Assembly (NCBI GenBank): GCA_021845905.1
Contig: JAJZVA010000006.1
Coordinates: forward strand, 74,264-138,263
Origin: Pseudomonadota bacterium
Lineage (GTDB): Bacteria > Pseudomonadota > Alphaproteobacteria > Micavibrionales > UBA2020
Direction: 5' to 3'
DNA length: 64,000 bases
The first letter of the stretch is position 1. The number at the start of each line of letters is the position of its first letter. Shown piece by piece: positions 35,309 through 44,747 of the stretch. The position numbers were made by a program, and so were the translations under genes. The notes beneath the pieces are model-generated. The model had not been told where the DNA came from. It was given only the letters and a program-made list of their open reading frames with translations, and did not search any database.

Positions 35309-36580
35309 TTGAAGATCAGCATCGTCGTCCCGTCGCGCAACGGCGCGCCCTATCTGCGCCACTGCCTGGAGACCTGCCTCGCTTCGCCCGACCGCGATCT
35401 CGAGGTCGTCGTCAGCGACAACGACAGCGCCGACGACACGCGGGAAATGGTCGCGACCTTTTCCGACGGCCGGCTCCATTATTACAATACCGGCGAAAGC
35501 CTGAGCATGAGGCGGAACTTCGAGTTCGCGCTCGGCAAGGCCACGGGCGACTACATCATCTTTATCGGCGACGACGACGGCGTTTTGAAAGACGGCCTTG
35601 CTACTCTCCGCCGCGTTCTTGAGAAGTACCGCCCCGACGTCGTCAACTGGCGGCATATCACCTATAAATGGCCGCATGTCGATTATCCGGACAGTCCAAG
35701 CGTGCTCAAGTTCCGCCCGCAGGACTTTTTCGGCCCGCTCTACAAAAGGAACGCGCGGAAAATGCTGGACGCGTTCTTCGCGGGCGCGCGGACAAGCTAC
35801 CGCGACGCGGCGCACATCTACCACGGCGCCGTTTCCCGGCAACTGATCGAGAAAACGCGCGCCAGGACCGGAGATTATTTCATGGGGCAAAGCCCCGACA
35901 TCTATACGGGGTTCGCCAACCTGACGCAGATGGACGATTTCATCTGGATCAGAAACCCCGTCACCATCGGCGGCGAAAGCCCGAAAAGCAACGGCGCGGC
36001 GTGCCTGAAAGACGGAAAGCGGTCGTCGGCGCAAGCGCAAATCAATAAAAGCTTCATCGATCTCGCCGGGCAGGACGACGTCGTTCCCGAGACGGACTTA
36101 AGCCTGCGCTGCCTTGCGGCGCACGTCTACGCCAACCTGATCCGCGTGAACGAAACGATCCTGAACGGCGCGGGCGAAATAAACCACCGGAAATGGCGCG
36201 AAACCGTTCTGGCCGCCAACGACAGGCAGGAACCGGCGGTGCGGCAAAGGCAGAAAGACATCCTTCACGCGTTTTTCGCCAAGGCCGACCCGCTTTACGT
36301 CCCGCCGCCGCCGCAACCCGCCGCGGAGATCGCGCCGCAACCCGATGAAGGCGCGGCGACATCCGCGCCGCCTGCAAAAAACAAAGCGCAGCGGCCCGAC
36401 CTGCTCACCGTCGAGGACGCCCGCAGGTGGATCGACGCCGTGACGGAGGAGGGATACCTGCCCCAAAAGTTTCTGCCGCTGGCCTTGCCCGCGCAGGCCC
36501 TTCACGCTTTTCGCCTGCGCGGCAGCATGCGGAAGAACAGCTATCAATTGAGAAAAAGAAGAAAGGCAGAACAAAAATAA
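35309..36580 (+). CDS. family 2 glycosyltransferase
   Basis: AAGGAGG RBS then TTG; KISIVVPSRNGAPYLRHCLETCL...VVVSDNDSADDT...FIGDDDG. Confidence 0.75.
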   Translation: MKISIVVPSRNGAPYLRHCLETCLASPDRDLEVVVSDNDSADDTREMVATFSDGRLHYYNTGESLSMRRNFEFALGKATGDYIIFIGDDDGVLKDGLATLRRVLEKYRPDVVNWRHITYKWPHVDYPDSPSVLKFRPQDFFGPLYKRNARKMLDAFFAGARTSYRDAAHIYHGAVSRQLIEKTRARTGDYFMGQSPDIYTGFANLTQMDDFIWIRNPVTIGGESPKSNGAACLKDGKRSSAQAQINKSFIDLAGQDDVVPETDLSLRCLAAHVYANLIRVNETILNGAGEINHRKWRETVLAANDRQEPAVRQRQKDILHAFFAKADPLYVPPPPQPAAEIAPQPDEGAATSAPPAKNKAQRPDLLTVEDARRWIDAVTEEGYLPQKFLPLALPAQALHAFRLRGSMRKNSYQLRKRRKAEQK

Positions 36581-36780
36581 TGGCTGATATTGAGCAACAA
36601 ATGTACGACTGGCCAGATAGAGTGACCTTTACTTCTCGGTCGGCGACAGGCAAAAATTTTATGAGCAAGAACGGGTATAGCGACCCACATACTTTTAATC
36701 TCCCTTCGGAAGCCTACTACGTTAGAGAATTTTTAGATAACACCGAACGAGAAGATTTGACTTTTAGCTATGTTCCCTAA
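36580..36780 (+). CDS. small hypothetical protein (66 aa)
   Basis: ATG overlaps the GT2 stop (TAATG); MADIEQQMYDWPDRVTFTSR...; lower GC than surroundings. Confidence 0.45.
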   Translation: MADIEQQMYDWPDRVTFTSRSATGKNFMSKNGYSDPHTFNLPSEAYYVREFLDNTEREDLTFSYVP

Positions 36781-37130
36781 GAAGAAGAAAAACGGTAGGT
36801 CACTTGCGCCGCGCCGCGCGTGAATCTCTGCTCTATCGATGCGCTGCCCCTGCCCTGCGCTGGCGGCTTCGAGCGGCGGAGCGGCTCTTTCACCTGTAGC
36901 ACGTCCTGACGCAGGGCGACGGTTGCCAGTTCAGGCCGCCGCGCCACGGTCGGCGGCGCGAGAACATGGCGCAATAACTCGACGTTGCTTTTCTTCTGGA
37001 GTCTGCTCTCGTAGGCGGCCTCGGTGAACTTCGCCGCCACGGCGATTTGCAGGGTGATCTTATAGGGCGGGATGCCTTTAAGCCGCGTCGTCATACTCTG
37101 CACAGCGGTGATCAGCTCCCACGCCTTCAC
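36777..37130 (-). CDS. hypothetical protein, paralog of 4244..4684
   Basis: ATGA overlap with upstream small gene; shared blocks with the small-element protein. Confidence 0.6.
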   Translation of the reverse strand: MKAWELITAVQSMTTRLKGIPPYKITLQIAVAAKFTEAAYESRLQKKSNVELLRHVLAPPTVARRPELATVALRQDVLQVKEPLRRSKPPAQGRGSASIEQRFTRGAAQVTYRFSSS

Positions 37131-37270
37131 CGCGGCTTCCTGCTGCTCGCCGCGTCCATGGCGCGTAAGCCGGAGCCAAAGCCCTCAACGCGGACTTGCT
37201 CATCAAAAGCGCAAAGGGCGGACTCTGCCCACATGGCGCGGTTAAGGTTGGTTATTTTTGGAGAGGTCAT
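37127..37270 (-). CDS. small hypothetical protein (47 aa)
   Basis: MTSPKITNLNRAMWAESALCAFDEQ...; ATGA overlaps at both ends indicate translational coupling. Confidence 0.5.
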   Translation of the reverse strand: MTSPKITNLNRAMWAESALCAFDEQVRVEGFGSGLRAMDAASSRKPR

Positions 37271-37659
37271 TTGGACCTCCTTGCCGCCAGAGTGGCGGCG
37301 GCCTGCAAGAGGGCGGGCCGATCTTCGGTGATGCATTCGGTCCAGCGGGCGGCTTCGGCGTAAACCGACATGGGATGACCGGCAGTGAACGACAGGTCGC
37401 GTTCAACGGGCAACCCGAGCTTGCCGCGAAGGGAACGGAGTTCGTCGAGGCTGACGCAGCCGAGTTCGGGGAAACGAAGGCCGAGGTCGCAGAGACCGAA
37501 GGCGATGTCCGGCTCTTCCGGATCGATCTCAGAGAGAAGCCAGGTACAGCCGGCGTCCGGCGTAAAGAGTTTCACGACCGGCGGATGGTCCTGATCGCGA
37601 TTTCGTCCATTGGCGAGCAACTGCTCGAACTGCGCTTTGGTGAAAAGGTTCATGTTCAT
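37267..37659 (-). CDS. DUF2958 domain protein
   Basis: KLFTPDAGCTWLLSEIDPEEPDIAFGLCDLGLRFPELGCVSLDEL. Confidence 0.8.
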   Translation of the reverse strand: MNMNLFTKAQFEQLLANGRNRDQDHPPVVKLFTPDAGCTWLLSEIDPEEPDIAFGLCDLGLRFPELGCVSLDELRSLRGKLGLPVERDLSFTAGHPMSVYAEAARWTECITEDRPALLQAAATLAARRSK

Positions 37660-37713
37660 TCTCCTTGTGTTTGCTTACGCCCCGAAGGGACAGCGCAGCC
37701 AAGGCCGGGCGCG

Positions 37714-37790
37714 AGACGCAGCGTCACACAGGAAAATTGGGGGCGACCTTCAGGGGGAACCAAGGCTTCCTGTTGACGCGGGAAGCGTCT
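37714..37790. promoter_or_regulatory. conserved structured leader element, copy A
   Basis: AGACGC-A-GCGTCA-C-ACAGGAA...CCTTCAGGGGGAACC...TTCCTGT-TGACGC-GGGAA-GCGTCT; homologous copies at 46295 and 48655. Confidence 0.65.
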
Positions 37791-38186
37791 GCGGCTGGCA
37801 CGGTCGCTAGACACTGCCGTTCGGGGGACGGCAAGCACGGAGAGAAGTTGAACCGCCAAAGCGAAGACAGTGCTACACGCTATCGCACGATCAAAACGGC
37901 CTGAAATGCCTCCGCAGCTTTCGCCGTGGCGGCGCGCGACGCAGGAACATTGACCGAAGCTGCGGCGCGCCCGGCGGCGCCGGCGATGGCGGGGGCGGCG
38001 CTGGCGGCGGAGGAGGTTTCGCGAGAAGGCGCTCGATTGCTGCAATCGCCACGGCGATCCTGCGCTGCGCCAATGCCAGCATGCGCAGCATGGTTCCGGT
38101 CAAAAACCGGGAACCCCAATTGGAAAGCGCGGCAACCTTTCTGGTGAGGAAGCGGCTCGGCTTTGATTGCAGGAAGCGCGAACCGC

Positions 38187-39701
38187 TTAGCGTACACGTG
38201 GTGGCGGATCGGGTCCGTCCCTGCTTCGCCCATGTTCGTCCTTGAGCTGTTGTTCGAGGCGACGGCGCTCCTCGATCTCGGCGAGGAGTCTTACGGCGGC
38301 TTCGTGCTCGCGCAAATACCGGTCGCGTTCCTGCTCGTATTTGGCGTCGTGTTCGCGGCGCTGTTGTTCGTGGCGTTCGGTCAGCTCGGCGAGGTCACTT
38401 GCCCGTTCGGCCTTGAGGCGCGCGACCCGGTCAGCGCGTTCCTCTTTCTGTCGGCGCAAGAAGGCGTCCTTCGCGTCTTTGCGGTCGCGGGCTTTGTCGG
38501 CCATTAGTTGCGGATTGAGTCTTTCTTTGATCGCTTCGATGAAAGCGGCGATGCCGGTCTTTGCCCGATAGGTGTCCCGGAAAAACTGCTCCCTCGCCGC
38601 CTGTTGCAGGGCGTCGAAGTGACCGAGCTTCTCCCGGGCTTCCTCTGTGAGGACCCGCGCCGTCTGTTTGTATTCAGCCTCTTGCCGGAGGCGCATCTGG
38701 CGGCCTTCCTCCGCATGGCGCTCCTTCAACGCGGTTTCAAGGGCGGCGATTTCTTCCTTGGTGGGGTCTTGCTTGGCGGGGCTGTCCGGCGCGGGGCTTT
38801 CCGACGGTGACGGTGGCGGTTGGGGCGCGGGCTGTTGGTGAGCTTCAGGGCTCTCTGGCGGGGCTTTCTCCGGCTCCGGTTTCCGGGCGCGCTCGTCCTG
38901 AAGCGCCTTGGCCTGATCGATGGTCGGGATCACGTTCCGGTCGATGTCGGCCATGAATTCCCGCAGCTCTTTGGCGTTCACGCCTTTGATCTGCCGGGCG
39001 AGGCTATAGACCTGGTGATGTTCGTCCACGATCACGTAATCGCGGCGGTCGCCCCTGGCGAGGACGTAGCCCTTTTCTTCAAGGGCCGCCTTGAAAGCCT
39101 GTCCATTGTCGGATTGCTCATAGAGCGCGGTGATGGCGGCTTTGAATTCCCGCGGGTCGATGCCGGTGCGTTCGCCCTGCTGCCATTCGGCGTGGTTGAA
39201 TTCCTGCCGCGGGAACTCCGGCTGCTTCTCCCGATCGCGTTTGGCGTGCTTGCCGGGAACGTGCTCGTGCCCGAATTCCTTTTCGAGGGCCATGCTCGCC
39301 CGCTCGTGGGCAAGGTAGTTCCAACTGTCGGAGCGCAGCGTCATCGTGTCGATGTCGGTGCGCTGCCAGACGACGTGGATGTGCTCGCGCCCGTGCTTTT
39401 CATGGAGGACGACGGCGCGGGGCTGGTCTTCCAGGCCAAGCTCTTTTTCGAGGACTTCGACGGAGCGCTGCCACTGCTCGGGCGTCATGGCGTAGTCGCC
39501 GTGCGGGTCGATGTTGGCGTGATAGAGCCCCCGGCTCCCCAGAGTGCCTTCGGTCAGAAACTGCCAGTCGCGAAAGCTCTCCTTGAGGCTGTCGTGCGGG
39601 GACTGGATTTCGAGGATTTTGACGCGCTCATTGGTGTCGGTGCGGAGAAGATGGCGGGCGAGCTGGTCAGGGCTGCCGCGGCTGCTACCCTTGATGATCA
39701 T
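38187..39701 (-). CDS. relaxase/mobilization nuclease (MobA/VirD2 family)
   Basis: MIIKGSSRGSPDQLARHLL..., HGREHIHVVW His motif; long coiled-coil C-terminus. Confidence 0.85.
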   Translation of the reverse strand: MIIKGSSRGSPDQLARHLLRTDTNERVKILEIQSPHDSLKESFRDWQFLTEGTLGSRGLYHANIDPHGDYAMTPEQWQRSVEVLEKELGLEDQPRAVVLHEKHGREHIHVVWQRTDIDTMTLRSDSWNYLAHERASMALEKEFGHEHVPGKHAKRDREKQPEFPRQEFNHAEWQQGERTGIDPREFKAAITALYEQSDNGQAFKAALEEKGYVLARGDRRDYVIVDEHHQVYSLARQIKGVNAKELREFMADIDRNVIPTIDQAKALQDERARKPEPEKAPPESPEAHQQPAPQPPPSPSESPAPDSPAKQDPTKEEIAALETALKERHAEEGRQMRLRQEAEYKQTARVLTEEAREKLGHFDALQQAAREQFFRDTYRAKTGIAAFIEAIKERLNPQLMADKARDRKDAKDAFLRRQKEERADRVARLKAERASDLAELTERHEQQRREHDAKYEQERDRYLREHEAAVRLLAEIEERRRLEQQLKDEHGRSRDGPDPPPRVR

Positions 39702-40071
39702 CAGACCCCTCCCCGGCGGGTTTCATGCCGAGGGCGGTGAAGATGGCGTCGCGGATCATGCGATAGGCGGCCAGTGCCTCCTTGATTTCAGGGAGGGGGA
39801 CGGTTTCGCCCTGGTTCAGCCGGCGGGCGATCTGGTTGATGTTGTTGCCGATGCGCCCGCACTCGCCGAGGAGCTGCCGCAGGGTCCGATGGTCGGCGGT
39901 GGGCCGGCGCCTGGCGCGGGGGCCGGCATCGCCGAAGGCGGCGGCCCGCATGAAAGCGCCCGCGGCCATGCCGCTGCGGGAGGACAGGGTTTCAAGGGCG
40001 GCGCGCTCGTCTTTGGTCAGACGGACGGTGACAGTCTCGCCCCGCTGTCGTTTGTCGCTCCCGCTCGTCAT
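39685..40071 (-). CDS. mobC: MobC-family relaxosome accessory protein
   Basis: VRLTKDERAALETLSSRSGM... and GRIGNNINQIARRLN. Confidence 0.85.
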   Translation of the reverse strand: MTSGSDKRQRGETVTVRLTKDERAALETLSSRSGMAAGAFMRAAAFGDAGPRARRRPTADHRTLRQLLGECGRIGNNINQIARRLNQGETVPLPEIKEALAAYRMIRDAIFTALGMKPAGEGSDDHQG

Positions 40072-40180
40072 TCCACCCCTCTTGCGTGCGTCGGCACGCG
40101 GGTTTCAAGGGGCCTGTCTTGGCGGGGCCGGCGCGGTGGGACCGGCTCTCCCGGGCGGTTCTTGTCTGCCGCCCCGCAGC

Positions 40181-40572
40181 CAAGGGCGCAAAATGCCCCT
40201 GGTCGTCGCCGGGGCCGAAATCCCCGGTCATGGGTTCCATAGGGAGCACGAAGGCTCCCTTGGTCGGTGCCGGGGCCGAAACCCCGGTCAGAGTGCAGGG
40301 GCTCGAAGGCCGCCTGCTCGTGGGTGCCGGGACGCGAAAGTCCTGGCGAGTGGTCAAGGGCGCGATAGCCCTTGTCAGGGTCCAGGGCGGAACGCCCCGG
40401 CCATGGGTTCCTTAAGGGAGCACGGAGGCTCCCTTGGTCGGGTCCAGGGCGGAAGCCCGGTCTGGTCCAGGACGAAGTGCCTGGTCTGGGTCCACGGGGC
40501 GAAGCGCCCTGGTCCTGGGGATGCAACGGGGGTGGACAACCCCCTTGCCAAGCCGCGCGGTGTGACCGCGCA
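40181..40572. repeat. ladder of at least 10 short GC-rich hairpins punctuated by (T)GGTC, upstream of mobC
   Basis: e.g. CCGGGG-CCGAAAT-CCCCGG, AGGGAGC-ACGAAG-GCTCCCT, CAAGGGC-GCGATA-GCCCTTG, AAGGGAGC-ACGGAG-GCTCCCTT; ~39-nt direct repeat at 40229 and 40402. Confidence 0.7.
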
Positions 40573-41040
40573 TGGCTTGCACTTCACGATATCAGGATAT
40601 CACGAGTTTCCTTAATGTGGGATTAAGAAAGTCCGGTTTGCGGTGGGAGGCCTCGGCTAACGCCGATTCTCCCGATTCGATATGTAAATTATACCACGCA
40701 CGGCAGAGTTCGGGGACAATGCTTTGAGACGGAAGCTCATCGGGCTTCCGGCACGGCCCTATCGGGCCGTCCCGCAATCCTTGGCATAGGGCACATAGCA
40801 GGTTTGAAGCAGAGTGCCAGGCTTGAGACCTGTATGGCCGAGGTCGGAAATGACCTGTCTCCGATCGAGAACGGGGGCCACGTCGAGCCCGCCGCCGCCG
40901 GTTTCGAGAACCGACGGCGGCGTCATTGTTTTTTTCAGGAAAAACAATGAGTTATATGGATGACCTTTGAGAATTAACCGATAAATCAGTGGGTTATGAG
41001 ATAATCAAGAATAAGAGCAAAACCCGAGAATGGAGCGGGC

Positions 41041-41520
41041 ATGACGGTCTGGATGCCCGTTGGGGACGGGTTCATTGAAGCGGATGTAATCCGATGGACG
41101 GAGCCGGTGTATAGGGACCGGCTGCGTGGAAAACCTGTCCGGGTCGGTAAGCGGCTGGTGACGGCGGAGGTCCTGGAGGCGGACAAAGACGGCTGGACCC
41201 ATCTGCTGGTGCGTGGCGCCAAGGCGGTATCGGCGAACTTCGGCTGGAACCTCCGCGACGTTCTAGTCCCACCCAAAGACGAAGAAACAAAACGGAAACG
41301 GACGACCATTACCAGAGGCGGTGCCGAGCGGCTGCTGTGGAGCGATGAGAGCGCCCGCGCCCTCGTCGCCAGCCGGTTCCTGAACGAACGAGACACGGCC
41401 CCGCCAGTGTCCACCGCCAAGCTCCGTCGTCCATCCCGACCCGCCCGTCATTCCTCTTCCGGGAAACACAAGAGGCGCATTCGCGATACCGGATGGAAAC
41501 CGCCTCGCCCGCGATTTTGA
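41041..41520 (+). CDS. hypothetical protein, paralog of 4688..5020
   Basis: GGAG RBS; conserved N-terminal and RLLWS blocks shared with the small element; basic C-terminal tail. Confidence 0.6.
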   Translation: MTVWMPVGDGFIEADVIRWTEPVYRDRLRGKPVRVGKRLVTAEVLEADKDGWTHLLVRGAKAVSANFGWNLRDVLVPPKDEETKRKRTTITRGGAERLLWSDESARALVASRFLNERDTAPPVSTAKLRRPSRPARHSSSGKHKRRIRDTGWKPPRPRF

Positions 41521-41711
41521 AGGGGGCAGGAAAAGCTTCTCGCGAAAGGGGGCGCTACCTGAAAAGGCCGAGACGGCAACGCTGGCTCGGTGAGGCGCGG
41601 AGCCGCCGAATAGCACCCGGCCCGCCACTGGCCAGGCCTCGGGTTCGCCCGGAACAAATCCACACTCGTTCCACCGTCAACACTGGCCGTGTCTCACTGC
41701 CCTAAATTCGT

Positions 41712-44700
41712 TCACGTCCTGACCTCTTCCGGCCCGGGAATGTCGGCGGCGACGAGTTGCTTTAGGTCCTCTATTCCTACGTCATGCGCATCCGCCAGCC
41801 TCGTCGCCTGTCGTTCCATGCAGACTTCGAAGAGATTGCGCACCGCGCGACCGTTGCCGAACCCCTTGCCACGCCCTGTATAGAGCGCATGGATAGTTTT
41901 CTTGAGCTTCGGGGGCGCCTTTCCGGTCAGCTCCATGCCGTTCCGGGCACAAAGCCCCCGGAAAATCTCCATCAAGTCTGACGGTTCATAGTCGGGGAAA
42001 TCGATGAACGTCTTGAAGCGCGATTTGAGGCCGGGGTTGCTGTCCACGAAACCCTGCATTTCTTCGCGATAGCCCGCCGCGATGACCACGAGACGGTCCC
42101 GGTAATCCTCCATGAATTTGAGCAGCGCCGTAACGGCCTCGATCCCGAAATCGTTGTTCGAGTCTGACGAAATCAGGCTGTAGGCTTCGTCGATAAACAG
42201 CACGCCGTCCAGGGCCTGCTCCACGGCCTCCGCAACCTTGGGCGCGGTCTGGCCGATATATTCCGCCACCAGATCGCCCCGGCTTACCTCGATACAATGG
42301 CCTTTTTTCAGGACCCCAAGATCGCGATAAATCCGGCCGATGATGCGCGCGACCGTCGTCTTGCCCGTGCCGGGGTTGCCCGTAAAAACCAGATGGTTCG
42401 ACCTCTCGGGCACCGGCAAGCCTGCCTTCCGCCGTGCCTGGTTGACTTTCTCCAGATTGGCGACGGTTTCGACCTGCTTTTTGACGGGCGCGAGACCGGT
42501 CAGTCCGCGCAGGTCCGCGAAGGGGTCTTGCTTCGTCTCGACCGGAGCGGGCGCTGCCGGTTGCTTTTCTCGGGGCGGCTTCGGCGGAGGCGATGACGGT
42601 TGCGGTGGCGGTTGCGGCGGTTTCTGCTGCCCTTTGCTGAAATAAGGATTCTCGTCGTACTGAAGCGGCGGCGCCTTACCCATGTTGTACGGATACATAT
42701 GCTTGAGATGATCGTAGGCACGATCGAGATTCCAGTAGTCGATGGGTCTGAGATACTCCGGCAAACCGCGCGGGTTGAGCAGGATTGCCACGTCCCGCCC
42801 GAGATTGAGAATCTCGTCGGGCATCAGCAGCGGGCGTGCCATCTCGCCGAAGTTGGTGCTTTCCCCGGATGTGGCGCCGCCCTTGGTCTCGCCGGAGGAC
42901 ATGGATGTCGCCACGGTGCGCACGGTCGCCTTGCCGAGGCTCTCGCTGAGATATTTGGCGGTGTCGAGTTCGTTGACGAAACAGAACCACTTGAAGGCGC
43001 AATTGCTGAGGATCGTTCCGCTGGAATCGCCGTAGTGATCCTTGAGCTGGTCGAGCCCCTGCACGATCAGCGTGAAGTCGAGCCCGTAGCCGCTCATCAG
43101 CGCGATATCGCGCGGAATGTCGTCGATGCGCCCGATGGAGCCGAACTCGTCTATCAGGAACATGCAGCGACGGCGCGGCACGCTTGTGGCCTTGTGGCTT
43201 TTCATGCCCTGCATGGCGGAGGCGATGACCAGCCGGAGCCAGGTGGCGTGGGTTTGAATCCGGTCGTGCGGGATGACGAGATAGACGGTGGTCGCTTCCT
43301 CCCGGAGCTTCTTCATCGAAAACGAAGACGAGGCCGTCGATTGCTTGATCTGCGGGTCCGACAGGAACTTGGTGTTCTCTGCCAGGTTCGACATGATCCC
43401 GCTGTAGGTTTCCGGCGCGAGGTCGATGTACTGGCTGACCATCTCGCTGACCGCGCCGTGGTAAGCGGTTGAAGCCGTCATCTTGACCAGAATCTTGAGA
43501 AACTCGGCCCGGCTCATGGTCACGATCTGACGGGCGCGGGCGAGGGTCTTTTGTTCGCCCGGCGCGTCGGCGATCCAGAGAAAGACGCCCGCGAGCACGT
43601 TGGCCGCGCTCCCCTGCCAGAACGACTCCTTGCCTGTCGCGGGCGGGCAGATGATTGCCGCGAGCGATTGGGCGAAGGCGACGGCGTTGGGATCGTTGCG
43701 GTCGAGCGCGTCGAGCGGGTTGAAAGTCGCCCTGGCGAAGCCAAGGCTCCGGTAACGGCTCTCCATTTCTCCCCACGGGTTGACGATATGGACCGTCTGC
43801 TTATGCCGGTTGCGGCGCGTGCGCGCCGTGATCGCCGCGTTCTCGCCTTTGGGGTCGATGACCAGCATCGAGCCTGTGTAATTCAACAAGGTCGGCACGA
43901 TAACGCGGGTGCCCTTGCCCGCCCGCGTGCGGGCCACGATCAGCGTATGTGTTTCCGGCGATGACGTGACGGGGGCGCCGGGAGCATCGGCAGGGATGTC
44001 AGGTCTGCTGCTTTTACCGAAGTTGACGCCCTGGAACATATTCTCCCCGCGACGCTCCACGATCCGATGTTCGGCCCAGTCGGCGGTGCCGTAGTTGTCG
44101 CTCAGCGGCGGAAGGGAATCGTCCGGCTCTTCTTCACGTCTCAACATCAGCCACCCAAAAAACCCGATCACGAACGCGCCGCCACCGTAAACCAGAACGT
44201 AAGCGCTTGCGGTGATCCAGGGATTCGGCTTGACCGAAGACCCCGCGTTCGCGGAAGAAACGGGGTTCTGGCCCCGTCTTTGCGCCTCACTCTCCCAATT
44301 GACCTGCGCCGCCACGTATTCCGGCGCAAAGTAGCGCCCGAGCACGTCACGCATAAAATCCGTGTTGGCGCTGTAGGCGTATTCCTTCTCGAAAAACTGC
44401 GGCCGGATGCAGCTCTTGCCGGAACAATTCCCGTCGTTGAATTTGAGGCCATAGGGTTTCTCGCCGAAGGCGCGGGAGTATTCCCGAAACTTGGCGGCGG
44501 CGCGGGGCGGCATCGACCTGATGTCCAGGGCGCCGGTCCAAACCTGAATCGCGTTGCGGAGGATTTCGAAAGCTGCGGCCTGCCGTGCGGCCGTATCGAT
44601 TTCGTTCGAACCCCGGACGTCCCTGAACACTTGCGCGACCGTGGGAGCATGGGCGATCCATCCGTCGCTCATGGCTGCGGCGCGGCAGGTGGCCGGCACA

Positions 44701-44747
44701 GGAGCAAGCGCCAGAGCGAAAGACAGACAGAGCAGACGAAAGCGCAT
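41712..44747 (-). CDS. VirD4/TraG-type coupling protein fused to a C-terminal CbbX/SpoVK-like AAA+ module
   Basis: Signal-like MRFRLLCLSFALALAPVPATC (start 44747; track start 44855), TM segment, IVARTRAGKGTRVIVPTLL Walker A, Pro-rich linker, then VFTGNPGTGKTTVARIIGRIY...GVLFIDEAYSL. Confidence 0.8.
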   Translation of the reverse strand: MRFRLLCLSFALALAPVPATCRAAAMSDGWIAHAPTVAQVFRDVRGSNEIDTAARQAAAFEILRNAIQVWTGALDIRSMPPRAAAKFREYSRAFGEKPYGLKFNDGNCSGKSCIRPQFFEKEYAYSANTDFMRDVLGRYFAPEYVAAQVNWESEAQRRGQNPVSSANAGSSVKPNPWITASAYVLVYGGGAFVIGFFGWLMLRREEEPDDSLPPLSDNYGTADWAEHRIVERRGENMFQGVNFGKSSRPDIPADAPGAPVTSSPETHTLIVARTRAGKGTRVIVPTLLNYTGSMLVIDPKGENAAITARTRRNRHKQTVHIVNPWGEMESRYRSLGFARATFNPLDALDRNDPNAVAFAQSLAAIICPPATGKESFWQGSAANVLAGVFLWIADAPGEQKTLARARQIVTMSRAEFLKILVKMTASTAYHGAVSEMVSQYIDLAPETYSGIMSNLAENTKFLSDPQIKQSTASSSFSMKKLREEATTVYLVIPHDRIQTHATWLRLVIASAMQGMKSHKATSVPRRRCMFLIDEFGSIGRIDDIPRDIALMSGYGLDFTLIVQGLDQLKDHYGDSSGTILSNCAFKWFCFVNELDTAKYLSESLGKATVRTVATSMSSGETKGGATSGESTNFGEMARPLLMPDEILNLGRDVAILLNPRGLPEYLRPIDYWNLDRAYDHLKHMYPYNMGKAPPLQYDENPYFSKGQQKPPQPPPQPSSPPPKPPREKQPAAPAPVETKQDPFADLRGLTGLAPVKKQVETVANLEKVNQARRKAGLPVPERSNHLVFTGNPGTGKTTVARIIGRIYRDLGVLKKGHCIEVSRGDLVAEYIGQTAPKVAEAVEQALDGVLFIDEAYSLISSDSNNDFGIEAVTALLKFMEDYRDRLVVIAAGYREEMQGFVDSNPGLKSRFKTFIDFPDYEPSDLMEIFRGLCARNGMELTGKAPPKLKKTIHALYTGRGKGFGNGRAVRNLFEVCMERQATRLADAHDVGIEDLKQLVAADIPGPEEVRT

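Noticed and set aside
39544-40626. Several overlapping ORFs in all frames (232, 277, 121, 152, 109 aa) and the idea that the repeats are a CRISPR array
   Set aside because: They overlap mobC or the hairpin ladder, and their translations are Gly/Arg/Pro-rich. The repeats are short hairpins of variable sequence and spacing, not constant repeats with unique spacers. No cas genes are present in the window.
42600-43776. 290-aa plus-strand ORF and 366-aa alternative-frame minus-strand ORF inside the coupling-protein gene
   Set aside because: Low-complexity Arg/Gly-rich translations. The annotated frame carries the T4CP and AAA+ motifs.
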